64,000 nt of DNA. Source: Fimicolochytrium jonesii. Lineage: Eukaryota. Every line of letters starts with the position of its first letter. Position 1 is the stretch's first letter. Under the pieces are notes generated by a model that saw nothing but the letters and a program-made list of their open reading frames with translations, did no database searches and was not told the origin of the DNA. Shown piece after piece: positions 26,659 through 38,519 of this stretch. The translations under genes were made by a program, and so were the position numbers. The stretch spans positions 310,001 through 374,000 of the forward strand of contig NW_026515687.1 in the NCBI RefSeq assembly GCF_025526975.1. The letters are read 5' to 3'.

Positions 26659-27311
26659 ACGGGTGGAACCAACGGTTTTTTGGTAGGCTGGTCGTCAGAG
26701 GAGCATATAGCAGTTGCGGAAGCGGCGTAGCGTAGCATCACTGCCTATTCAGCTCCCCTTGTAGCATTAGGAGTTTTTTTTGGGTGGGGGAGATCAAGAA
26801 GGCTGAGAGTTGGGCTTGCTTCGAGTCAAGGGCCGCAGAGTATGAGGTCGCGTTTTCCAAGGTCGAATAATGAATAAGGGTTCGGCTCACTTTGAAGCTC
26901 GAAGATGGTTCAGCGGTGTATTGGAGAAAAGAACCCCATTATGATCATCGACAGTAGAAGAGGTTGGCCAAAAAACGCGACTTGTGCATCGTAAGGATCC
27001 CTCGAGGATGCTGCGTCTTCCCCCACCTTCCCTCAAGATCTAGCCCGAGTAGTAGAATTTAACTCCTTCATATGCCCTCGTCCCACATCGGGTCATATGC
27101 ATATATCTTTCACTCCCATTCGTTCCCAGGCGAGAGGCAGCGGTCTGAGACAGGGCAATGCATGTTTGTTTTGATGTTTCTTCACGCATGATTATTGATG
27201 ATTGATATTCGAGTAATACGTCAAAACGAAGTTGTACTGAGCCATTCCAGCACTCATTGCAGATACATCCCCCAAAAAGCTCATAACAGCCTTTCCCGTG
27301 GCTCGTTGATT

Positions 27312-29735
27312 CTACTTCCCGAACCAGCCCATATACTTGAACGTCATCAGCATCAGACAGACCATTACTCCGACGATAATCCAGAATCTAGAGGAGGAGA
27401 AGTGGCAGAGCGACTTAAGTTTCTGCCCCTCCATGAACCGCGTAAATGATAATGACATACCCGTAAACTCCCATTCCCCAGTGAAGTTCTGATAGGAAAG
27501 GAACAGGAGGGAGGAGGAGTGTGAGGTGATGTTCAGTAGGACAGCTAAACTGGACGGCGGTGTACTTACCGGGGAAGTATTCGAAGTTCATTCCAAAGAC
27601 GCCTGCTAAGAACGAGATGGGCAGGAAGACTAGTGATATGATCGCTAAGGATCTCATTGCCTGAAGGGATGCCAAAGGGTATCAGTCCGAATAGGCCCGT
27701 ATGGGCAGATCTGCGGTTATTGCTTTACCTCATTCGTCGAATGCGAAACGGTGTTGAAGATCAAATCAATCAAATGCCTCGCATCATTCTCAAAGCTATC
27801 GAGTTCATCCACCACCGCCCCCACATGATCCTTCACATCCGCCAAATACGTCCTCGTCAGCTTGCTCACAAACGGCGCCGTATTCACTGGCTCCGAATGC
27901 ACGTAATACGCCTTGTTGTTCTCGCGGAGGGTCGCAACCAGGCTGCGCGTGGGCATCAGCGCGCGACGCAGGATGCCGAGCTCTTTTGCGATGAGGTGCA
28001 GTTCTTGGGTGGCTTCGGCTTTGGGGTTTTCGAGGGCGGAGGCTTCGAGGAGGTCCAGTTGGTGTTTGTAGGCGTCGAGGATGGGAAAGAATTGGTCGGT
28101 TATCTGTGGGGTTGCCCATGGGTCAGCTAACAGCCTCCCACTGGGCTATGATGTCGTCCCTTACGCTAACTTACAATGTCCATCAGAGAGAACAGTAAGA
28201 AACTAGCATCCTCGCTATCCCTCAACGTCGTCCCACCCTCCGCCAAACGGTCATACAACGGCGCCGTAGCCTGCTCTCCATCACTCTGGAAAATGGAAAG
28301 CAGTGTGCCGTCGCGCATCAGGAACGCATTGACCTGCTCGGTAACGATGTTGGGCCGGGGGGGCATCCCCGGAAAGACTTTGATCTCCACCCGATTTTGG
28401 AAGAGTGGAGTCCGGCGGGTGTAGTGATCGTCGGTGCCGTCCTCGGACACGGACTCGGTGTCCTGTGCCCCGTCGTCAACGGTGCAAAGGAGCATCGATA
28501 GGTAGATATGGTTTTCGTACCAGTCCGCTTTGATACTAGGTGTTACGGGTGTGATTTTAGGTTATTGGATCTGACTCGGCGGCGTCACGTAATGAAGCTT
28601 ACGCTTGTGGGAAGTGAAACGTGTCCTCCACTGCCAATGGGTGCAAGCCTAGAGGAGAGCATGTTGGCGACGGAATCGTCGGATGTGGCTGAACACTTCA
28701 ATCTAGCCTTACGGTAATGATCCGCAACAATTTGGATAGCCGGATAACTCAAACCTCGGATGTCTATCCATCGTACTTTCACCCATGCTGGTCGCTAAGG
28801 ATATGGCAATAGCCGCTGTGAGTTCGCGGATTGCTTTTCCGAAAAGAGCGTCTTGCCGGACGAACTTACTGGTGATTGCAGAAACTCCGCTAATGTGAAC
28901 CTGCTCAAGTCATGGTACACATATCTCGATGCCGAGTAGTCAACGACTCGGATTGCCGCATCACTCTGAGAAGTAATGATTAGCTCTCGACAAAAGTGTG
29001 ATATGGGGTGCCTGCCAGCTTACTTTGAAGATAGCTTCGAGAGTCGGGTTGGGCCGCTTGACGTCGACGCCAGGTGGGGCGCTGGGTTACGAGTAAAGCT
29101 CAGGTTTTGGGACGATCGGTAAGAAAACCGTTTCCTCAACGTACCCAGGTGTCCGCAGGTTGCTTTTCCTCCGTAACCGTCCCGCTGAATATTTCCATAT
29201 GGTTAGCGAGGGGTTGAAAATGGGCCTGAAATCATCGGCGATCTTACCCTTCATCTCCTTTAAAAGAGAACTGGCGTTGAGGACCTTGCGGACTCTTTTC
29301 CTCAGCTCGTTTCTCCGGAAGCCTTCAACCCGAGGAGAGACAGAGTCGGTAGCATGAGGGTGGTGGTTATCAATATCAACGGTAGTTGGGAGGACGTGAG
29401 AAACATTTCCGGGAGCATTATGAGACGAGGCGTTGACACCAGCGCCGCCCCCTTTACTATTGAAAGCAGTGACGGCTGATGCGAAGATATCGCTTACAGG
29501 GCCGGGTGGCACCCTGTGGGCGCCGGTGTTGTCCTCGTTCTCACTCATGTCCGGAATTGTTAGCGTGAGTACCTTGCGAAATGTTGTAACAGCACGAATT
29601 AGGTTGCGCTTCGTCGTCTTCGACCGCGACGGTAACGACCGAGTTGGGGATGGACATTTGGCGCGCGGGACGATTAGACAGGAGAGGCTGCGTTTCCGGG
29701 TCCCTACGCGATGAGTATGCACGGGAGCTGCTCAT
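27312..29735 (-). CDS. CorA-family magnesium transporter, multi-exon
   Basis: 'VRWIDIRGL', 'TYLADVKDH', 'FLPISFLAGVFGMNF' (GMN motif) and a second TM helix ending 'FKYMGWFGK*'. The start is inferred. Confidence 0.88.
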
Positions 29736-30835
29736 TGCTGGGCCCCTTATGGTGGGAAGATATGTGGCGCATATGCAGGAGCAATGCTTTGGTGTCCATA
29801 GTCTCGCTCTCCCATAGTCTCGCACGAGACGATTGTTGTGAAGTTGCGAGGAGTCATGTCAGCGTCATGATTCGCCTCCTGCGACAGTCGACACCTTCGT
29901 GCGCGTCCATGTTGGCAGATGTTGGTTGGGCATTTGGCATTCTGGGGATGCGACAATTCACAATTTCACATCATCCCGGATGCTTCTCTTTTGGAAGGTT
30001 CCGCAATCGGTTCTTATGGCCACTAACCGTTACGTACGTTACGGCATGGCTTTTCTCGATCTTATCAGCGTCACCGTTCTTGTTCCCTGAGGCCACATAT
30101 CGGTGCATCGCTTCCTCATCACCTACGTAGGGGGGAGTCTCGGCTGAAGTGCAGGTACGTGTATCATATCCATCTTCGAATCAGCTGATGGTAGTACTTA
30201 TACTCACTAGATCTAGATTTAGATCCAGGTGGGTTTTCTTGGGCATGATGGAGTTTTCCTCGACGTCCCCAGCATCATCATCGACCGCGTCCACCCATAC
30301 CTCGTATGCGGTCGGCGCCGAAGAGGCGTATGGATACCCATTGAGATCGCCCATGGTCTGATAGCTCGCCTGCCGGTGCGGCTGCTGAGGACCGGACGGT
30401 CGCCCCGATGTTGACTTCATCGTATCCGATGATTATGGAGTCGAGGTCGATGGATTATCGCTAGCTGGGAAGAAGGCTTTTACGATCGAGATCTACAACA
30501 GGCGGTTTGAAACTGTGAACTCTCGACGGGTTCAAGACGGACCAGGGTTTTGCGACGTTTTCGGAATTGTACAATTTTGGGACGACTTGCCAGGTTTGCA
30601 GGATTGATGTAGGATGGAAGCAAAGGAGTGTGGGGGTGAGGCGGGGTGGGAGGAGGGCCGAGAGAGGGGATAGGGGTGTATTGCGGACATGGCGTTGGAC
30701 GTTTTGAGGACCCGCTTTCATCTAGTCCATCCTAGCGAGTTCTTCCGCATTTGGGGAGGAGGGGGGTTTGGTTGGTGTATCCCCGGATGATTGTGTCCTT
30801 ATTCGAGAAGCGAAATTTTGCCTTTGCGCACCTGG

Positions 30836-30987
30836 ATATATTGTGTTTACCGCAGAATATTCGCATAGGGGAATGATGTTCCTGAAAATCGTTGACCTGA
30901 AGTCAATAAGAATGTCGTTTGGTAGGGAAAGGGAGGGAGGCTCGGTTTGCACCCGAATATATTGTGTTTACCGCAGAATATTCGCAT
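30836..30987. repeat. Exact 31-bp direct repeat, copies 121 bp apart
   Basis: atatattgtgtttaccgcagaatattcgcat at 30836-30866 and 30957-30987. Confidence 0.9.
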
Positions 30988-30989
30988 CG

Positions 30990-31365
30990 GGAGATCATGG
31001 CTCCAAGGGTTACGTCCTATGGGCGCCTCAACGCGACGTCCTCGTTGAGTCGCGCGACGTCCGATTCGAAGAGTCCATCGCTCTTCCCAAGGAACTCCGT
31101 CAAGATCCCGACACAGATTTGATGGAAGACAACCCCAATGCCGAGCCCGAATACGAGATCGAGTCTATCCAAGCTCAACGGGGCCCTGCCCGCAAGCGCG
31201 AATACCTGGTCAAATGGGTTGGATGGAAGAAACCCACGTGGGAATCTAAATCCTTATTAAACCAGACCCAGGCACTCGACATTTGGGAAAGTCGCCCTGC
31301 TGCGTACGCAGCATCCTCGCGTACTTCTACCCCAAGTCCCGGCGCTCCAATGAACTGGAGACAAA
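30990..31365 (+). mobile_element. Ty1/Copia-like integrase C-terminal (SH3-like) segment followed by a chromodomain; fragment
   Basis: 'SKGYVLWAPQRDVLVESRDVRFEES' then 'EYEIESIQAQRGPARKREYLVKWVGWKKPTWE' then 'APMNWRQ', all in one frame. Confidence 0.7.
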
Positions 31366-31569
31366 CGAATCCGCGGGCGCCCCTGGCATCACTAGCAGTG
31401 GCCCACGCATCAGAAGTTCCATTAGCGCCCGCGACCAGGAAGCTGGACGGGTGGGCGGAGTCCTGTATCTCCGGCCACTGTGTACGGATCCCAGGTACAC
31501 AGTGGTCCGTGGCGGTATCGGTATTCGGTGGGGATATCCCGGTCCAGGATGTCCCCAGGAAGTCCAGGT

Positions 31570-32940
31570 CATTGACTTTCTACAACAATTCGATTTTGAC
31601 ATCGAGTACTACCCTGGTCGCTGGAATACAGTCGCCGACGTCTTGAGCCGTAATCCTTATTACGCGCCCAAATGTGCTGACTGTGGCAAGCGTGTCGACG
31701 TTGCCATGACCTTGGGTAGTTTTTCCGTCACTGAAGTGCGCTCCCTCGGGGATGTGTCACTTGAGGATTGGACACGAACCTTGGCGTCCGACGAGTTCTT
31801 TGCTGCACGCAAGGTGGCACTCGCGGCTCCGCCTGAACGACAGTCAACATTTGATCGGCGGTTTTCCATCGATTCAAGTGGTCGTTTACTATACCATGAG
31901 CGGTTCTATGTTCCTGCCGCATTACGAGGAGTCGTTTTGCGCGAGTACCATGACTCTATGTTGTCTGGGACACATACGGGAGTGCATGGCACGCTGGGGA
32001 AGCTCCTGCGTGAGTTCTACTGGCCAGGAATGGAACAAGATGTTAAACGGTACGTATGTACGCACCTGCGGTGCGTGTCAAAGGTTCAAATCGCCGAAGC
32101 ATGGCCGGGTTGGCCTGCTGCGCTCGCTTCCGGTCCCCGACCGTCGCTGGCATACGATGGGCATGGATCCCGTCTCAATGCCAAGGACGCAGTCGTGGGG
32201 GGGGGGGGGGGGGGGGGGGGAAGTGCATGAGGATGATTATTACGACAGCGTCATTGTCTTTATCGACTCCCTGTCGTCGCGCTTCGTCGCGCGCGTATTT
32301 CATCCCGGCGAAGTCCACAATTACTGCTAGCGAGTTGGCACAGCTGTATTTCCGGGAAGTATGGCGCCATACTGGCACTCCAGAGGTTATTATCGGAGAT
32401 CGCGATCCCCGGTACCTTGCATACTCCTGGAAGGTGTTCTCTCCTTGTTAGGCTCGACGCAGAAGCTTAGCACGGCGAGACATCAGCAGACAGACGGAAA
32501 GGTTGAAAGGCTTGTTAGCGTCTTCAAGAAGATGCTAAAGCCGTATCTGAACGTTACGGGAGACGATTGGGTGGACAAGCTGCCAATGTTGGAGTTTGCC
32601 TATAACCGTACGCAGAACGCGACCGGCTTCTGCCCATTCCAGATCGACGTGGGGAGGATCCCCAAGGCGCCGATGAACTGGAAGGTAGATGCACAGGTGT
32701 TGCAGCGCCCGGATGAGACGTCTATCCCGTTTCTCCATAAGGAACGTCGCGAGTTGATCGCGCAGATGGAAAGATACGCAACAGCTTTTGATGACATAGA
32801 ATTGTTGGTGCAACAGAGGTTGCGGGAAGCCCAGGATCAGCAGGCGAAGTATTATGATAAGAATCGTCTTACTCAACGCTTCAATCCAGGTGACAAGGTT
32901 CTTGTGCACAGCGACGGGATCTCGGTGCCCGCTCTTGCAG
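31570..32940 (+). mobile_element. Degenerate Ty3/Gypsy pol remnant: RNase H C-terminus plus integrase, with several frameshifts
   Basis: 'DFLQQFDFDIEYYPGRWNTVADVLSR'; HHCC region 'EYHDSMLSGTHTG..FYWPGM..CGACQR'; 'STARHQQTDGKVER', 'LPMLEFAYN', 'FNPGDKVLV'. Spread over different frames, with a long poly-G run. No LTR pair was found. Confidence 0.9.
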
Positions 32941-33118
32941 TAATTGTGGACTGCACGTGGTCATGTTTGGGCACGAAGCCCAAAGATACGCGGTGCCTTT
33001 GGAACGCAGATCTTGGCCAGAAAATGCGTATTCTCCACTATGTACAATTTTAGGATGATATGTAAAAGCCAGAGGTTGAACGAAATCTCGAGATCCAGTC
33101 CCCCAAAACGTTCTTGTT

Positions 33119-35963
33119 TCAAAAGAACACCCTACTCAAGATCAGTTGCGTCAATTTCGGCTTCAGTGCCCTATCGATATCCTCAATACTCTGCAGCAAA
33201 TGATCCTCTTGGGCGCGCAGTGATGTCGAATGTCTACTGGCGTCGCCTAAGTTGTCCCGACTACCTCCGACGGCGGGGACCGCCGAGCTCAAAGTGCGCG
33301 GGATGTTACCGCTAATCTTTTCGGTTGTGCGGGCCTCATGTAGTTGGATTTTCCCGAAACGGGGCTTGTCCAGGCCTGTTTCACTCCGGGTGTCTTTACC
33401 CGCGTACATATAGATCTCGGTCGAGCCTGTGTGGAGTCCCTTCAGAACACATCGCAAGGCGGGGGACGAGCACAATCATCCGCACGTACCTTGTTGATCT
33501 CGTACTTTCCAAGTCTTCAACATCTTGTCGGACGACACGGGTATCCTATGAGGGACAAGTTTACTTCGTTTGCCAGGCGGAGCGCTCCGAAACCGCGGAA
33601 TCCGCGAAGGTACCGTAGATGCCGAGCCTGCCTTTGATGCCTCAGTTCGTTCCGCCGACGCCTGAGATCCATTCGACTGACCGGACCTCAGCAACTGCGC
33701 CGCAAGCGCATCCTGCCTCAGCATCTCCTTGATGGCGTGCGGCACAATGCGCTCTGGGTCATCCTGTAATGCACGCAGAATCGTTTCTGGCAGGCTGCCT
33801 GGCTTACCAACCGACTGTTTGACCCGCGGTTTGCTGGGTTGATTCGTGGTTGCGTTGGGGTGTGGTCGAGGTTGTGGAAGATGGGGATCCGGATACAGGT
33901 CCAGGGAGTGACTGGACGAACTCGATCGTGCGATTGCGCCCGTTGATCTGTTGTGATTCTCGAAATCTCCCAACGCCGCACTTTCCTTACTATTACCGTC
34001 CTTCTTATCTCGACCATGAGCTGTCGTAATGCGCGACCTGGGTTCATCTTCGTCCACCGTTGCACCCCTCCCGTAATCGTCCTCTCCGCCCATTATCTCC
34101 GCCGTCTCTGCGAACTTGATGCTCTTTGCACTTTGCGGTCTCGCTCCTGAGGTCGGGCGGGAACTCATCGCGGACGGTCTGACTCGCCCCGAAGGTGGTC
34201 TTGCACGGCTATGTGACGTCCGTGGCGTTGCCGAAGCTGTTTGAGTGGTACTCGGTGGCACATCCCCCGGCGAAGTAGGCCCGCTAGGTGCGGCCGACGA
34301 CTCCTCCTTTCCCTTTTCCGCCGTCGAAACAGCTCGGGACAGCCCCGAGTCGATATCTGTGTTCGTGCTCGCAGCCCACTCCAGCGGAACTCCTACCGCC
34401 GACTGCTTGTCCGCTTTCGACGGGCTCATCGGCCGCAAATGCATCGAGCCCTCACTTTGAGTCTTCGCAGACTGGATCCACGTCTCTCTCGAGCTGTCTC
34501 CATGTATTAACTCATCAGGCAGCCCGAGCGCCTCGACCGACCCTTCAACCGCAGGGAACAGGTCAATTATCTTAGCTGCTGACCCACCCTCGCTTTCTGA
34601 GGATGTCGGCGCTGATGAAGCCGTTGCGGCGTCTATCGGTGCTGCGACGTCGCTTATGGTGCCGGCTGTGGCTGGAAGAGAAACGATGCTGCCTTGTTCG
34701 TTGTTGGCTCTGCTTCTGGCAGAGCCTTGTCGGGACGCAGATGGCGCGGACATTACCCTGCCGTACAAAATTAGCACGAAGCATCGAAGGGTTTGTCCTG
34801 CATTCCGGCAAACCTACTCAGCTACATCATTCCGCTTGTCATGAATCTCCACGGAGTAGCCCTTGACAGCGCGCAGGTTGCGGCCGTTATGCGTCGTTGG
34901 GTAGCTCAGATAAGCATCTGACCGTAAAACGAACGATAAGTTCTACCGTAACAAGCACACAACCCATCCCGATAGCTCACCTCCAAGCGTCCTCCTCGGA
35001 ATCACAGGCGCAGCCGCGCTGGAAGACCGTGTACTCGTATAGTCCGACTCCGCATAGTCTCTTCTCACGGGATTGAAGCCCGTGCTATATCCCGTCGGCG
35101 GCCCGTCCGCAAAATGCAGTCCTTCCGACGACACGGCCGCCGCATGTTGATGCGAGCGTGCACTCGATATCGTGCGCTGAGAGTAACTTTTCTCGCGTCC
35201 TGGGGCCCGCGTATCGGACGCGACGGCGGCACAAGCGCCGAGACGCCATGGTGGCAGTGAAGGGTGGGCGGCTTGTTCTTGTATCCGGCGCAGCTCTTTT
35301 GATTCTTTCCAACGCTGGTTGGCGAGGTCTCGTTCTCGGAGTGCGTTGTCGAGTGCCCTGGAGTTCATTTTCCCGTCAGCAAAATGTTTTACGGGTAGGG
35401 GGAAAAGGAGAGCAGGCTAACCTCTGCCGTTGACTGGCCTCCCTCGCTAGCCGCATGATTTTTCGCTGAGCTTGCGCCGCTTCGGCTTCGCGGGCTCTTT
35501 TCTGTGCTTCCAGAAGTTCTTTGTGTCTTCGCCTGTCGGGTCAATTCATCAGACCAAAATGTCTTCTGAATCCACAGGGAAAAACCACGAGTTTGCAACA
35601 AAAAAGCGAACATGCTACTCACGAGTACACACCACCCCCGAGCAGCCTCACAGGTTCCAGTCCAATCCTCGGTAAATGCCACCGCTTCGCCTGCTCTGCC
35701 TGCTCTGCGTCCTGCCCTCGTCGCCGATCGTACTGATGCGTATAAACCTGCCCGTATTGCTGCTGCGGCGCGCTTACAATCTGCGCAGTCCCCAACGGAA
35801 GGTAGGGGAGCATGATAGGCATGTTGCGCGGAGATTTTTGGGACGTTCTTTTTGTATCCAGGATGGGAAGGGGCTATTGACGGGTGGCATGAAAGAAGCT
35901 TCATTGAAGAAGTCCGACTTACGTAAGGTTTTGACAGGGAGAAAGCCACGATAGAATTGTCAT
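33119..35963 (-). CDS. Hypothetical multi-exon protein with coiled-coil and Ser/Ala-rich disordered regions
   Basis: Collinear minus-strand ORFs (35619-35822, 34943-35368, 33476-34777, 33119-33475) joinable by GT-AG introns. No family recognised and the start is uncertain. Confidence 0.55.
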
Positions 35964-36336
35964 AGTGTCAGTTTTCGACGGCCAGCGGAGGGTCAAAAAG
36001 GAGGTGTGCAAACAAAGGCATCGCCGCTCAACCTGCCGCGACGAGCATCAGCATTGTTTCCTGTCATCGGCTGGCAAGGTTTTTCTATTCAGTACATATC
36101 CGGATTACCCTCAAGGATAAAAGGCCTTCAGTCTCCTTCTTTGGGCTTCCTGTCTTGCCTGCTCTAGCGAGCTCTACACTGTTCCGCCGTATGACAGAAA
36201 TCTGCGCAAGTCGTCCGATCCGCACAAATCTCATTTCAGTCCAACACAACCGGGCATCCATCTCGCAACCGCACTCCCACCCTGCCCTTTCATTAGCGCT
36301 TTATTTCCAAAAATCCCACGCATCCCACCCACGTCC

Positions 36337-37998
36337 CTACTTCGCCTTCTCATGAGGCATCCCATCATCATCCAACGTATCCAGCGACATCTGACACTCA
36401 CTATCCCCCAACCTCGCCATCACAAGCGCCTCGGAACTCTCATTCACAATCCCGCTCACGTCTCCCACTCGTCGTCCATAGTCCTTCCCGCTGCTCCCTG
36501 TCGGATTACTGTTGTTGTTACTCCCCCGCCCGCCGCTATGCGTAAGCCGCAAGTTGTTGGGATCGAAGGGGTTGGACCCGCTGGCGGTGTGGATGCTCCG
36601 GGTTGCGGGCCAGAGGAGGGCGAAGCGGGTGATTATCTCGAAGGAAGATTCAGCGAGGAGCCAGGTGGTTGAGAGGAGGACTATGGCGGGGAGTTCGTAG
36701 GGGTTGTTGATTGCTACAAAGAACAGCAAAGAAAGATCATTAGCCGGGACCACTAACCCCATTCCACGATCCCGGTCATCTTCTCCCACAGAAAACGTAC
36801 CGTCAAAAACATTACTAACAACCCCAAAAGCCACCGCACAAAGCAACGTAATCCCCACCGCAAAATTATTCGCCCACCGCACAATGGTGATCCCCATCAT
36901 CGGCGTATTGCTCGCCAGTTTGCGCACATCCGCTTCGACTTTCGCCAACACGCGGCTGAACGTCCAGAACCCCGGGATGATGTACGAGATGAAGTGGCCT
37001 AGCAGCGCGGACCAGTAGGTTGTTGTTACTCGCATGCTGGTGTTTAGGGAGTGGATGCCGAGGGTGGAGACGAGGATCGTCCATGTGAACTGGGGCGGGG
37101 GGGGGGGGGATGTGAATGTGATAGGGGTGGAGATGTGCGGTAAAATGCATCATGGGATCTCGTACCGTGAAGCCTGTCAACCCATACATCATCAGGTTCC
37201 TGTAAAGCGGTCGTTCGAGGACAGTTGCGAACCTGGATCATGCCCGAGACAGCAGGTCAGCCCCCCTTATTGCCGGATTCACAACCATCATCTCAACGAA
37301 GTCCGTACCGAAAGGCGGCAGCAGCGATCGTGCAGCTAATCTTCAACTGCGATAACACCACCGCTCTGTTGACCGAGAATCAGATACACAGACCAAGAAC
37401 GCTTAACATGCCAGGCCCGGTTTTACCCCAAAAAGAACCGATAGGTGCTCGCCTCATCCATCGTCCCTCTCCTCGCATACGTATAGTTGCTAATATCCGC
37501 TACACGGGCAATAAAAACAAAGCATCAGCAAACAACCACATCACAACGCAAACCCTTCCCACGTAACTTGTCATGAACAACTCACCAAACTGGACAAGCG
37601 AGGCCGCCAATAACAAATACGACCGCACATTGGTCGGCATGGCGTACACCCTCCAAACCGCAATTGGGAATGCGGCCACGGCGAGCGGCCAGGACACGCC
37701 CAGAAGGATACCGGGTCCCGCGTAGTATGCTGCGTTCGCGGTGAGGAAAGGGGTTCAACAGTAAGTCGGGGGTTGGTGGAGCGGAAGCTGGAGGGCGAAT
37801 GGGTTTTATTGAGAACGTACGTACTGACAGCCGTTTCAACGTTTTGCTGTACCAAGGCGCCCCAATACGTGGATGAGCAACTTAATCCGTGGGTTCTGAA
37901 TTTGTGGTAACCTTACGTACCTTGACGAACTCCTGCACGGCGGGGCGCGCGAGGCATTGCAGGTCTTCCGGCGATATTCCGGTCGTCGGCGATGCCAT
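36337..37998 (-). CDS. Hypothetical multi-pass membrane protein
   Basis: Several hydrophobic exons (37500-37697, 36337-37035) with GT-AG introns. Putative start MASPTTGISPEDLQC. Confidence 0.6.
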
Positions 37999-38519
37999 CT
38001 TGTCGATGCTTCTGTCCGGGGGGCTTGCCTGATTGCACGGTGGCCCAGGACGCTTTTCGTCCCGTCCCAAATAGGTAGTTGCGTGATTCTGTGGTTCGGC
38101 AGGAAACGAGAGAAAGGGGCATTATCGTCTACCCCAACTTAGCTTGTTCAGTCGGGTATACCAGGGGTCCGGAAAGCTGTCACTATCAAGGTTTGAGTTG
38201 CGAGGAGGAAAATCGACAGCGCGATTGCCTCGGTCCGTAAACAATTCGCTCCTGACATACTGTACAGTACAGTACAGTACCCATACCGCGGCTCAATCGG
38301 ACAACCCTGAGGGATCTAGAGTCTTACTCGCAAGTTTAGAACCCGTGCATGTTACAATCCTCGCCGGAAGCTCACCACATCCATGACCTTCATTCAACGC
38401 AGTCTTGATAAGTAAAATATCACCCTAGCCACTAGCTTGCTCCCTATGTACAAATGAACGCTACCTCCCCTACCTACACACACTCTCAACCCGACAACCA
38501 TCAGTCCCCAAACCCCATC

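Noticed and set aside
30181..30721. Short minus-strand ORFs upstream of CorA
   Set aside because: They could be gene fragments, but no family or splice model could be supported.
32197..32220. Long poly-G run that could form a G-quadruplex or poly-Gly insert
   Set aside because: A simple homopolymer expansion in a dead integrase; its length may be an artefact.
30100..33100. LTR pair or full-length retrotransposon
   Set aside because: No matching TG..CA repeats, no gag, protease or RT core seen; only fragments.
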